DNA of 64,000 bases from Trichoplax sp. H2 (taxonomy: Eukaryota): assembly GCA_003344405.1 (NCBI GenBank), contig NOWV01000023.1, forward strand, positions 248,001-312,000. The letters are read 5' to 3'. The position numbers and the translations under genes are program-made. Below, piece after piece: positions 13,001 to 25,704 of this stretch (position 1 is its first letter; every line of letters starts with the position of its first letter). Under the pieces are notes generated by a model, which saw only the letters and a program-made list of their open reading frames with translations, searched no databases and was not told the DNA's origin.

Positions 13001-15813
13001 GAGCAACAAGGTTAGTCTATATTTTATATTTTCCTAAAATTGAAACCATGAAATTAATATCTACAAAAGTATGCGTATAGTGTAATGACAATGCAAAATC
13101 AATCGATATCCATGAAACTGACGCTATTGCTGTTTTTCAAATTAATCAGACGAGGCGCGTAAAGAAAGAAAGAGGTGATATATCATTCCAGAGACGATAC
13201 AATTTCATTTATCATGTTAAATGCAGTCGTATTATCGTGATATATACCATAAATATGACGAAATTTTACAGAAAAGAGGAGGAACAACGTTTACGAAAAG
13301 AAAGAGAACAGCGTGCTAAGAGAGAAGCAGAAGAGAAATTGCGCAAGGAAAAAGAAGAACGTGCTCGTAAACAAAAGGAAGATGCACGACGAACAGAACG
13401 TATGTAAAGTAACTTGTACTTACTTGTATCATCTTAACAATCTATTTGACTTTATAATCATTAACAATTCCATTATGAACAATTTGATAGTTTTACAAAA
13501 ATTGCAGAAAGAGTTTAGAGGAATCGACTCCACTGTTATAACTGGCATATTAGACGCTGTAAGTATGAATAGTCTGAATAATATTATGGGTTGTATCTGA
13601 AGGATAGATTTACAAAATTTCTGCGTTTTTGAAAATTAAGTAAATCTCATAGTTTATATCATGTCCAGATCGAGCTTATGTTATTATAATTCAATAACGC
13701 TGATATATTGCATTTTAGGCAAACTATGATGAAACGAAAGCAACAACAATACTTCGAGAACAAGAAAGTTAGTGCTTCCTCACCTTCCATATCATGATTA
13801 ATATTGTTGAATAATCAGAATAGTAAAGATCATAAACATACTAAAATTGATGCATATATTCACACTGATTATCTAATAGATGAAAGAAAGAGAGAAGAAC
13901 AAAGGCGGTAAAGGAATGCTTATTTCATGCAAGATTTTTATTCTAAACTATACCGTAAAAAATTTTTAATATATAACATTCAGATTCAGTTATCATTGTT
14001 CGTATTAGTGTATCTAAAACTAAGACTATAAATTATCATAATAGTATAAAACTATTTCTATGAGAATTTCATCCGATTTAATGCTAACTACGGTAATGTT
14101 ACAGGGCAGAGTCAGCAAAGAGGGCCGAAAGGGTTGCTCAAGTAAATGCACGAAAGGAAGCGGAAGAAAAAAGTAGGAAAGAAAGGCAAGCTAAAGAGAA
14201 AGTTCTCGAAGAGCAAAGAGCATCTGATAATTGTAAGTCTTATTATGCACATATTAAGCGTATTAAATTCATTCAATGTAACTATATTGGCCGCATTTGC
14301 AAAGAGATTGTTCTTAAATTATAAAACTGTATCCTTTAATTTACAGTATCAGTTACTTTCCAAGGCGAATTTAAAGATATAGATGAAAAAATAATCGAAT
14401 CAACAATTAAATTCGTAAGTTCTCCTCAAATTATATGAATTATACATATCTGATTTGATGAGTAAATTAATATTCCAGTGTTAGTCTTCACGATAAACTA
14501 TGTTGGAATAATAAGCTATCTATTAAATTTAGGTGGGCTATGATGAAAAGAAGGCTAGAGCAGCATTAAAAGCTTACCGTGGTAATATACTATAATTTAT
14601 GTATTACCATAGTATGTGTTGTTATTCAATAGTAGGCTTCATGGATACGTCGTAACTGCAAATTATTGATATAAATAAAATGAAAGCAATTTATATTAGT
14701 GATTACTCTGTTAAAATCTAATGAATATGTATCAATGTCGTATAGATAGAAATAATACAACAACATCTTCGGCTACAAGGTAAGTTATCCTACTAATTCT
14801 CTTTATTTTCCGTATATTAATTATTGTCTTTATAAAAGCTATTTTAAGTAAATTATAAGCTGACTGTTAATAACGTAATGTAACGGTGCACTCTAAATGA
14901 GTTGTGCTATCTGATAAAATGCTGCTAGCCCATCTTTTACGAATTGTTAATTTATTAACAGATCACCACAGACAAGCACTACCCAAGCCAAAGTAGTAAA
15001 AACACTGAAAGGAAACAGACCTGGCCATAACCTTAATCAACCCGAAAGCAGTACCAGTGCTAGTACTGAAGCTATAAGAATGCCAATTCCTCAGCCAGTG
15101 CCTTCTACAGCACCCAAACAATCTAATCTAGCTTCCAGAGAACCAGCACCCAGACAAAGTAATCAAGCTTCCAGAGAAAGATCTGCTAGAGTTTCGCCTA
15201 CTGTACCTGGTAAATTGTTCGTTAATGAACTAGAATCACGTCCTACCATAATAACTTGTTTATTCTGCTAAATCTAATATATATTCTAATAAATATAAAA
15301 TTTTTGTAGTCTTTACTTAATAGCATCGTATTTCTTTAAATGATTGCTTTAGTGGCCTCTAAAAATAAAGTGCAATATAAGTCGGCAATAGCTTCTATTC
15401 CAGTTGGCCCGCAACCCGAATTTAGAAAATCTGCAAATCTAGACAATCTATCGTAAGATAGGACACTGACCATCTAATATCATTGTTATTATGATTTATG
15501 AAATCAATCTTAATTTTAATATAATTGTAGGAAAGATCGTGTGATTGTAGCCGGCCCTAGTATTGAGAATTGTAATGGACCCCAAAATATTCACGCCGGT
15601 CCCTCTGTCGTTCCTTCTCAAAAGCAGACACCCAAAGGTTTAATTAAAATCTAATTTATTGATCCTATTCTTTAAATTAGCTTTTTTTGATACGCAAATG
15701 CTGATTGAATTTATTTCAAATTGCAAGGACCACAATATGATCTCAGAAAAGGACCGAATCTCTCCATACGTACAGGTCCCGTCCATTTCCAGGGTGTTCC
15801 ACTTAAAAGTTAA
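10090..15813 (+). CDS. WW-domain protein with Q/P-rich region, three CUE/UBA-like repeats separated by charged coiled coils, and a C-terminal GP-repeat tail
   Basis: ATG G|gtaag at 10090-10093 splices to 10503: MATNLPLPPGWEAKFDRNTGKY|FFIDHSTKTTSWQDPR (canonical WW). Repeats read LMKSEFKDVDENVVVTVLNS|ANFNEQDTRFVL, LQKEFRGIDSTVITGILDA|ANYDETKATTIL and FQGEFKDIDEKIIESTIKF|VGYDEKKARAAL. Ends GPQYDLRKGPNLSIRTGPVHFQGVPLKS* at 15813. Confidence 0.85.
10940..11055 (+). repeat. Coding 21-bp minisatellite encoding (PQPRATT)n
   Basis: About 5 copies of CCACAGCCACGGGCAACTACT-like units in the Pro/Thr-rich exon. Confidence 0.9.
11780..12075. repeat. Intronic tandem duplication (about 128 bp unit), with older degenerate copies near 11315 and 11585
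   Basis: GTCCA.ATTCATAGGAAAGAT.AAACAGTTACCCTTAATTGATAATGATCATC...GCACCGATATGAT at about 11798 and 11926, plus a partial third copy at about 12054. Confidence 0.9.
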
Positions 15814-17301
15814 ATGATGCTTGACATTAGCTTCTTATTCTGGATTGATTGGTACGTTGGCCGGGAGAATATCGGCTGATATCTCACAAATTTTCACATT
15901 ATAAAATAGACATACTTTAAAATTGACCTGCAATATACAGGCAAAATATGAAAATATATGTAAATAATAGGGTTATGATGCTGTATTTACAGATTGGCGA
16001 GTTCTTTTATCTTGATAATTATAATTATTTTTGCGCTAAATGCGCAACACCTGTAAGAACGATGATTGGTTAATAAGCTGGTAGATATTTATGTACTTGG
16101 TACTGTAGAATTATAGTTTGCTTCCATCTTAATTTCAGGAAAGATTCGAAATAACGTCTTTTCAATACTGTCATTGTACGTTACTGTATATGTAACGCTA
16201 TTGCCATTTGCTTAAACTTTATGAAGGCTGCATATGTACTGTGAGAATCAATTCATTTTTATTCGTTAGACAATTTATGGACTTAACTAATTATATTGCT
16301 TTAATATTCTAATACTTTGTCATGTCAATATCCACTACATAATAAAAAATAGCGAACCATAATTATCATCAGGTTTTTGGATTTAAATGCGATTTTTATG
16401 AGATGTTACTGATATCAATTTGAAAAATTGCACTACTAGTCCAATCACGTAGCTTAAAAATGTGCTACAGGATTACTCCATGCCCATATAGGGTCGAATT
16501 AAAATGTTACAGTTGTCATAATACGCATATTACTCTTTTATGTGACATTCAATTTTAATAACTACAGGGCAAGAAAACATAAATAGAATACTAAATTTTT
16601 TAAATAACGATTTTTAATGTAAAATTAATGATCAAGTCTTTATAGTTGAATAATATCGTAGTTAAGTTTTAGTCCACATATAAATTTATAAAAGATTTTT
16701 GTCACCATCAAAAATGTTCGATAAAGAGTTAATATAACTATTTTATATAACAGCGGGTTGCAGTGGAGGTTTCGGTATGTAATGCTTTCATTTCACAGCG
16801 CAATTTACATTTATGGCATGCCTTTTAATTTACGAGGGCTAATAATACTGTACATGTGGATCACAAATCATGCAAACAACATCTTTTCGTATAAACAGCA
16901 CTCAAACAACAGAGATTGACTCAAAAAAGTTATTTTAATTACGTAGTATTTATAAGAAATTATATATATATTTGAAGCATCAAGGTAATGCATATATTCA
17001 GAAGTATCGATCTGCATATAATTATAATAAAGCAAGTTTTGACATCACAAAATATTTTGTTTGAAATAAAAGTTACAGTAGTATTCCTGAAAGGATAACA
17101 TAAAACGTACACATTATTCGTATAAATTCTCCTATTTAAATATTTATGATAGCGTAAATTTGAAACTTCTTTCATCAGTTAGTCATATGTATCGCTACAG
17201 AAATTAAAAATCATAGCTTAAATAAATAAAATATATTGGCTACGTCACTTTGATGTAGTAAATATAAATAGCGATACTGCTAATATCGCCTTTTTATATC
17301 A

Positions 17302-20069
17302 TTACTGGCCGAACTTTGAACAAAATTTTCTATATACACCATTACTCATAATACATTTTACAATCAGGCTTTTTCCATTTTTGCTTGGTACCAGGTCTGA
17401 TACATTTGCTTCTCGATATAGCCAACTATCATAAGCGAAAAAGGAAAGTATCAAAGATCATTGAAATCTCATAAACTCGTGATCGTTGTCTGTCATAATA
17501 TACACTCTAAATCATCACATATGAAATATTACTAATACTATTACCTAAGCTGTTGGCCACCGTTTGGGATTTGTAACTTGTAAAATTGCTTGCCAGTTGT
17601 TTTCATTAAGCCATTTTCGATATTTTGACTCAATAATTCGAAATTTTCTTTCTTTGTAGCTGATACTGCCACGGCATTGTGATCATCTGTCGAAAGATTG
17701 GATTGATAGTCTTCTCTGTTTCATTGAGTCCAATATATAACGAAAATGAAAGCGTTATTTAATAACTAAACCGCTGGCAATTATAGGCAAAAACAAGGGT
17801 AAAGATTTAAAAATTAATTTTGTCTCGTACATTAAATCTATTTTGTTATGAACTTCAATCATATTCTCCAGGGCAGTTCTCGGCAAGTATAAATCTCTTA
17901 GAACATTAAGTACACTTGCTTTTTGCTTTTCAGTTTCAGGATGACTAATATCACGAATATGAAGGAGTAAATCCTAGCATTTGAAAATGGAATTAATATA
18001 TTATCAAAGAGAAAAAACATTCCTTAAATTGCTGGTTTAAGAGTACACTTAGATCAAGTAGCAGCGCTATACAGTTATAGAGTATTGGACAGCTACTTAC
18101 AGCGTTGATGACATCTTCCAAAGTAGCAGAAAAAGACTCTAATAAATCATGCGGCAGGTCAGAAATGAAGCCAATTGTATCAATATAAAGAATCTGAAAG
18201 CCAGATATTAATTGCCCAGAATAGACCGTAGTATCTAGAGTAGCAAATAGTTTGTCCTTTGGAATCATTGACTTCTCACCAGTCAAGGCTTTTATCAAAG
18301 TCGTTTTTCCTATATTTGACATTGGTTGAAGTAGAAATACGGTTACATAGGATATGAACATGATCAATTAATGACATCAGTATACCCACACGATTGGATA
18401 AAGTAAATAAACTTACCAAGAATAAAATAGGCTAACAATGCCATTCGTACTGTCTAAAAATTTATATTATTTATTCAGAATGCCATAAGCTGATAATAAC
18501 CTGCATTGGTATAGCCTAGGACTGCTACAGTAGGAATTTCATTTCGTTGGCGTTTTAAACGCACTGTAGCCCTCTTTTGACGAATATCCTTTAGCTTTCT
18601 CGATAACTGCCTATATTTATACTCCAGTGCTCTTCGGCCTATTTCCTGACCTGATTCACCAGCACGTCCAAGATGGCCTCGATCAAGATCATACGCCTCA
18701 ACTGTGAAGGATAGCTGCGATCTGAAAATGAAATTATTTTGATTCTAATTTATACAGAGTTTCTTATCAATTTGCAAATTTATAGTAATACTTTAATACG
18801 CGTCAGTAATTTAAGTATAAAAATATATGCAATAACTTTTAACAATAATTCTACTGTACAATATTTCCTATTCGACTCTATAACTCAGTGGGTATGATTA
18901 GTTATAGCTATATTGCATAGCGTCATTGTAAATGATTAAGTATTTAAGTTAAAGCATACGTAGTAGAGGAGAAAATATACGATTGATATGCGTTTTGTAC
19001 TTGAGCATGTGTAGTATTGTGATGTGTACGAGTACTTAACACCTTGTATAGCACTTTGAAATGTCCTCCTTATGGCAAAGATGTTGAAATAATATCACCT
19101 ATACATCTACTAAAGCCACAATCTAGTCATTCTAATCACTGCATCAATTGAATTTTCTTATTATGTTTATTAATAATATATTCAATCTACAGTATATACC
19201 GAACAGCTTAACATTCTGTATTGCTGTATTGCAACAATTGTACTTTATGATTGTTATGATGTATATTTGATATGCCAATAGAGCTAAGCCATGAGCGATT
19301 GGAGCGTTTACCTTAAATACTTTAATGAAGCTAATTCAACTTGTATTTTTGCTTCTTGAGTACGCGCATGTCGCTTAAATATTTGTAATACAATCCCATA
19401 TCGATCATAGACAGGTAGCGACCATAATTTCTGTAAGGTTTGACGTTGATTAGCCTGTAACTGGGTTGTATTTAAGAAGACAGCGGTAACTTGATGTTTC
19501 TGCTTCAGCTTGTTCATCAAATTGCATAATTCTCCAGTTTTCCCTTTACCAAAAAATGTCTTTTTATCTTCTATTTTTAACGATTCTACTGTTGTAGCAA
19601 CAACTTTACCCTTTAGGGTATCCATTAATGCTACAGCCTCGGCCACTCGAAGTTGAGGTGTTGATAATGTATCCCTATTCCTTCCCCATTTAATATTGGG
19701 ATGTACAATCACAACTTGAGTCAATTGATTATTTAAATTTAATTTCTCATACATTCTTTCGTATTCAAGTTCTAATTCTTCCAATGTGATATTCTTGAAT
19801 TTCTCCAATGATAAGCTCATTCTATCAACGCTATCATCATAGCGATTGCAAATTGAACGACAACATTGCAGCACCACCTTTGCACTAGGTAGATTGCCTA
19901 TCCTTTCCATACTCGCTCCTAACCTACTGCAGCGATAGGCTGACCCGATAGTACAGCCCTGATTCCATGTAGAAACACATTTACAATTATTGCTAGTAGT
20001 AAAATAAAACTGATATAAATTCCTTAAACTAGACCGATAAGGCAGCGATGATTTCAATCGTTGAAGCAT
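17302..20069 (-). CDS. GTPBP6: Mitochondrial HflX-family GTPase GTPBP6
   Basis: Basic, Ser/Arg-rich N-terminus resembling a presequence. HflX motifs FGKGK, VYDRYGIVLQIFKRHARTQEAKIQVELA, G1 GYTNA|GKTTL, G2 LFATLDTT, G3 DTIGFI, G4 NKID. Six exons; TAA at 17302-17304. Confidence 0.95.
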
Positions 20070-20939
20070 TTCTTAACTTGATTCGATCCAGTAAACTATT
20101 CTAGATGGGCAACCTCAAGCCTTCATTGATTCCTGTTTCGATCCGTTGAATGAATAAATCTGCAGGTACAGTATGAGTTGTAGCACACCTGACGATAGTG
20201 TAGGCTATATTGCACGCTGGCTCGAAATAGATATAAGCGGTTAAGGGTGACACATTTTTGCACAGTTCAGAAGCGTACTATAAACAGGTCAAGACACCGC
20301 TAGGGTTCAATATTGTACCGCATACTGTTATGAGCACAGTCTTGGTAGACTGTGCTCATTCCAAACAGCTATTAATGGAGTAAAGCATGGAGATACATGA
20401 TTTAGCACAGGATTAATAGAACCTCCTACACCAGTGTACACATGCAGTACTTGTGTAAATCTCGAACTGCACAGAAAATGTGGAGGATAACTAGTTCGAG
20501 ATCAGGTAGATCGATCTTTTTCTACTATACTGTATACAGGTGGATATGGAAAAGATGTCAGTGATGTGCTAAACTAGTGTCATATACTAATGTTATGATT
20601 CATTCTTCCGTAGTAATCAAACAAGAAGGCTGTAGTAAGTACACTTAACTGAAGGAGAAAATAATTGCCTGAGAATACGGAAAGGGCTGTAGTTAATAGT
20701 GTCCTTTATTTAATCAAAGATCTCTTTTCGAGAGTTTGGCGATGGAGAAACGAAAAGAAAGGAGAAACAGAATATATACTACAGACAGAAGTGACCGACA
20801 GACAGTTCGGAAATGGATAGTCAAGAACGACACACCTACTGTACAATATTGCAACTGTAAATAATTGATACTGGCATTTTTTCTTCATAGTCTTATTATA
20901 CTGTAGTATGGAAAATTGGCACTTGATAGAACACTACTT

Positions 20940-21090
20940 CAGTAGCACATTACAGTGTACAGTACAGTCAAATTGATTGTACTGCCATACAGTCCAGTAC
21001 AGTACTGTCTGTCAGTCTGAGGCTGAGTGTCAGAGTTAGGACTATATCGGACCGGACCGTGACCGAGAGCAATGCAAACAGTACAGTACT
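20940..21090. promoter_or_regulatory. Region between divergent GTPBP6 and RPL32 with an ACAGT cluster and a (GGACC)n array
   Basis: ACAGTGTACAGTACAGTC...CAGTACAGTACTGT, and CGGACCGGACCGTGACCG at 21048-21065, shortly upstream of the pyrimidine tract. Confidence 0.55.
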
Positions 21091-21122
21091 ATACCGAGTA
21101 TCAATAATACGCAAGCGCATCA

Positions 21123-21161
21123 TTCCTCGCTTTCTTCTTCACCATCGCCATAAGTGTGCAG
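21123..21161 (+). promoter_or_regulatory. Probable 5'TOP/TCT-type transcription start and non-coding first exon of RPL32
   Basis: Pyrimidine tract TTCCTCGCTTTCTTCTTC followed by a CAG|GTAGG donor at 21162, typical of ribosomal protein genes. Confidence 0.65.
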
Positions 21162-21311
21162 GTAGGTTCTTTCGACATGTTGAACTATCCATCGATATTA
21201 CATGATTTCTAATCTCCATCGGTAGATTTTAGCAATAAAAGATCATAGATACAACCATTTTACACTTGTTGACAATGTTTTTTTCAATTTTTTACTTAAA
21301 ATAAAGACAAA

Positions 21312-21878
21312 ATGGTCACTCCAGTAAATAAGCGAAAAATTGTTAAGAAAAGGACGAAAAGATTCATTCGTCATCAATCTGATCGATATGTTAAAGTCAA
21401 AGTAAATGATGCTGAGATATCATTAATTCTATCTGTAGAAAATTATTAACTCTTTCTAACGCGAAATACTAACATATTCATTCTTTTAGCCGAGCTGGAG
21501 AAAGCCGAAAGGTATCGATAATCGTGTCAGGCGACGCTTTAAAGGTCAATACTTGATGCCTAGCATTGGCTATGGTAGTAACGCCAAAACTAGACACCAA
21601 ATGCCAGACGGATTTAAAAAATTTGTCATACACAACGTCGAGGTAAACATCATGCCCTACGGACAATTTTTTAGGGTAAAGAATAGATGTAATACAGATA
21701 TTTTGATCAATTGCAGGAATTAGAAGTATTGCTAATGGCGAATCGAAGTTACGCAGCTGAAATCGCTCATAACATTTCAAGTCGTAAACGTCAGAAGATT
21801 GTCCAACGAGCAGACGAGTTATCTATCAAGATAACTAATCGCGAAGCAAGGTTACAGAGTCAAGAGGCTGAAGCATAA
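21312..21878 (+). CDS. RPL32: 60S ribosomal protein L32 (eL32)
   Basis: [66 protein letters not shown]...|[25 protein letters not shown]...; three coding exons. Confidence 0.99.
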
Positions 21879-22903
21879 AAAGGATGCAAGCTTCGTTTCT
21901 TTCCACTGTAATTGTATTTTATGGATGAACTGCAAAATATTAAAAAGCCATTTTTGTGAATATCTACATCTCCGGTGTTGTTAACTTTGTTTTGGCTACC
22001 GAGGTTTATTTACAAGTTATTTGCAACTAAAAGATAAACTAGAGATGTTGTCCACTGAAATACCTACGGTACTCTATATTTAACTGGTAGCTATAGAATG
22101 CAAGAGTTTGCAATCCAGTCTACTTTCTACCCTATAGTATTGATTCTACGACTTCAAACTGCAACTTGGTTATATACCCATAGCTTAACTGCAGATCCTT
22201 TAGGATCTTTAGCAGTTATTGCTCAAAATATGTAGATTTGTTCTTTTCGTTAGCAGGACCTAATTGTGTACATGATCATACCTTTCCCAAATAATTGACA
22301 AGCAATGTCATGTCAGTGATTAAAAGTAAGTGACAGCTGCGAATCCCGTCATATATCAAAGGTGAAAAAGCGCTGCGGTATGTGGTAGTATTAGTTTTTC
22401 TTTCTTTATATAATAGTAATTAATAGGAAGACATTACACGATTACTTAATGCAGTTTATTAGCTCTTACTGATGATCATCAGCGACAAATGCAGTTGATG
22501 CCTGTGACAAAAGTGCATGACATCAGCACGTAGTACAATATTAAATGGAGCAGCTACGTACGCATGTACTATGTAGTCGGCATGATATTTAGTGCACTTT
22601 CCTTATTATAGTGTCAATAAATTAGTAGTGCACACTAAATTTTGCAAGCCAATTTATAGCGTAAATTGTCATATTTCTAAGCATTCACGTAACCGTGAGG
22701 AAATACAGACAAGCATCAACTGTAATTATTCGCTATAAGAGAGTCCAACTCCACAGACTCTAATATTGCAGATAAATAATTTTAACTTAGCGGGTATTTA
22801 CATAGTGCAGAAATAAGGATGTAAAATTATTATTCTGATGACGTTATTTTAAGCGTCCAAAGCAGGAACTAGTCCTTGAAAATTTTAAAATAGCATGGCA
22901 ACA

Positions 22904-25704
22904 TCACTGATTGCCGTAAAACTGTTGAATAATTTGGTCAGTAATCATACGACCACGTTGAATGACTTCGTCTGGTAGCAAGGCCAGTATAAAGAGCACC
23001 TAGAATGAATGCCAAATTTGTCAGTTTATTACTATCTCCGTAATTAAAACATTTATTCAATAACGGATTTTACAATAAAAGATCAATTTACCTTCTCTTT
23101 AGGAGAGTATGATTCGATATCATCAGGGAAAGCATCGGAAATAAGTTTATTAGCAGCAATAATTTCCTTCAAGATAATGCTATAAGTAATTTCCAGAATG
23201 TTTACACACAATTACATTCCGCGAACAGAGTATCATTCAAATCTCAACGAAATTAAATGAGTTAAAGATGCTTACTTATAGTTTTTGCTGTTCATTATCT
23301 GACTACTGATTGCAATAGTTTCAACTGGATTATAAACCTAATAGTAAATTTTGTCATTCAAGGAAAAAAAATGGCAGACCATGAGATAGTTCTTACCCAC
23401 AATAACAGATATTGTTCAGTAGAACTTTATCAAATTAGCTTTACTCCACAGTTTATCATGTATCTGCTGTAGTTAAAGCACTCTTTATCAGGGCAAGGTC
23501 TGATGATTAAAGCTGGTACCTGATGGAACCATCCAGGTGGTATAATCAGTAATTCTCCTGCATTTTGCTCGATTTCAATGTAATTAACATTGCGAAATAG
23601 AGGATATTTTTCATCATCAATATTGAAGCTATCAATTGGACTGTATATAAAATAAATGCAATGTATTATTTTACGATTTGTAGGTTTGGCGAGTTTAGCA
23701 TGAAGTTAATATGTGTTCAATCGCTAAACTACACAGCCTCGGTTAATTCAATTTATTTACCTGTTATATTTATAACAATTCAAAGGAAAACCACACATTT
23801 GATTGGGAGTAATATAAAATTTGTTGTCTTGTCCAGGGGGAAAAAGCTATCAAAAAAAGATTAAGTACATTTCCGACAATTATAATTCAGAATAAAATTA
23901 TCAACAAGTATTTAATCTACTGTTCATGTATAACGTCACTCTGATGATAGCAATACTGTACCTTCCAACGTTTTCGACCGTGTAATACAGCATTTGTACC
24001 AGTCCAATTATATGGATCTGTTTATTGGAAAGATGCAATCTCTTGTGATACTCGTATTATAATAAAATTTCATATATTATAATTATCGTTCGTCTCACCA
24101 ATATGCAAGTGCGATCTAGAATGTGCGCTACCCCATAACAGCATAGCATCCCAAGGACGTATCTCTTCTGGGAATAATTTAAAAAAATTTTCCTTGAAAT
24201 AAATCTAAAATTATAAAATATGCAAAATTATGAATGGCATCGTTAGTCATCATCCTAAATACAAGATCGATATACAATGTTCCACGTAAATGAGCATTAA
24301 AGAACTAGAAATACAAAATTTGAGGTTAACTAAATTTTGATAATTTACTGTAATGTACGTTATACAGTATATATATATATATAAAGACTATAGGTATTTA
24401 CACGATGAAAATTAATATTGCTATACTTACAGCTTCTCCAATATCAGCTTTTAGCTTGTCATGACGGTTGATAAATAATTCATCTTGTACATAATGCCAT
24501 CTCGATGGCTTTCCATCTGGTACAACCTGACTAAACTCTTCTATTGTCATAGTTTTGACCTCAGCATTAATCATAGCACCCTAGTTCCAACGAAGATTAA
24601 TAATGCAAATTAAGCTAATTTACAAATTGGATACATCAAGCTACCGGTAAATACTGAAAATTAGTTGATCAGCAATACTACAGAAATTGTCCAGGCTGTT
24701 ACCAAACGCGTGTTAGTACCAATATACTGTACGTACATCTAAAATAAATGCACTATAAATGCTCAAGGTACAGTATATACTACTACTACATACACAAGTA
24801 GACATATCGAATCTCTTCAGTAATGTTGCACAAAACACGCTTGAAGTAAAAGGGGTAGAATAATTTGATGAAACTAACCTCCACACTGACAACTGGTACT
24901 TTTTGATTGCCATAATGGCTTTTAAAAAAGTCGCGATTCCATTTCATGGATGGCCACTCATTAACTACACCACGTATTAATACTGGTCTAAAGAATGCAT
25001 AGATGATCAATAGTTTAAATAGAAATAGCTTTAGCCTATTGCAATACAATGTTAATAAGGACTTTGTTTATCACTGTTGCTAATATGCAAACATCGTAAT
25101 ATCGTGCAGCAAGACTTTAGTTTAGCAATATATTCTACGACTTGTAGCCATGTTCATCTACTGGAGTACTGTACTGCATTTTGGGAACTCTACGTATGAA
25201 TACAAGTGAAATAGTGCACTTCAAGTATAGTAGTATTATCGGCCTAAAATGAAGGACTTTGCATCTAGATTATTATAAAAATATTATTTTAGCAAGATCA
25301 TCTCCTTTACTTGTAGCCATAGCTGAACTGCAAAGTTTCGCTTACAATTGACAATCGAAGTACTTGGTAAATTCCTGCAAGCTTGCATTATCCCTAATGT
25401 TTACTCGATCAGTTGCAAAGGAATAATTTTGTAGATTGAATTCGCTATTAACAAGTTCTGCGTAATTGGTTTCGGTTACATTTTTCATTTCACTAGCAGC
25501 ATTAAAGTAGAGCATAATAAAACCAAAACCACTAACGAAGCAAGCTGATAGAATGATCAAACGCACGCTTAGGCCCCATATTCTTTTCTCTCCATCCGAA
25601 TCATCTTCATCATCTTGTGGTGTTGTGCTGCTCCCTCTGTACCTCAAAGCATGATTACTTTTATCCTTTTGATTCACGACTGCCTTTCTATTTCTATTCG
25701 TCAT
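22904..25704 (-). CDS. JmjC/cupin-8 2-oxoglutarate oxygenase with an N-terminal transmembrane anchor (JMJD8-like topology)
   Basis: TM segment LIILSACFVSGFGFIMLYF. JmjC motifs RPVLIRGVVNEWPSMKW, LLWGSAHSRSHLHI|DPYNWTGTNAVLHGRKRWK|LFPP and QNAGELLIIPPGWFHQ|VYN (H-x-D...H triad). TGA at 22904-22906. Confidence 0.9.

Noticed and set aside
21478..21780. 100-aa minus-strand ORF
   Set aside because: Antisense shadow of RPL32.
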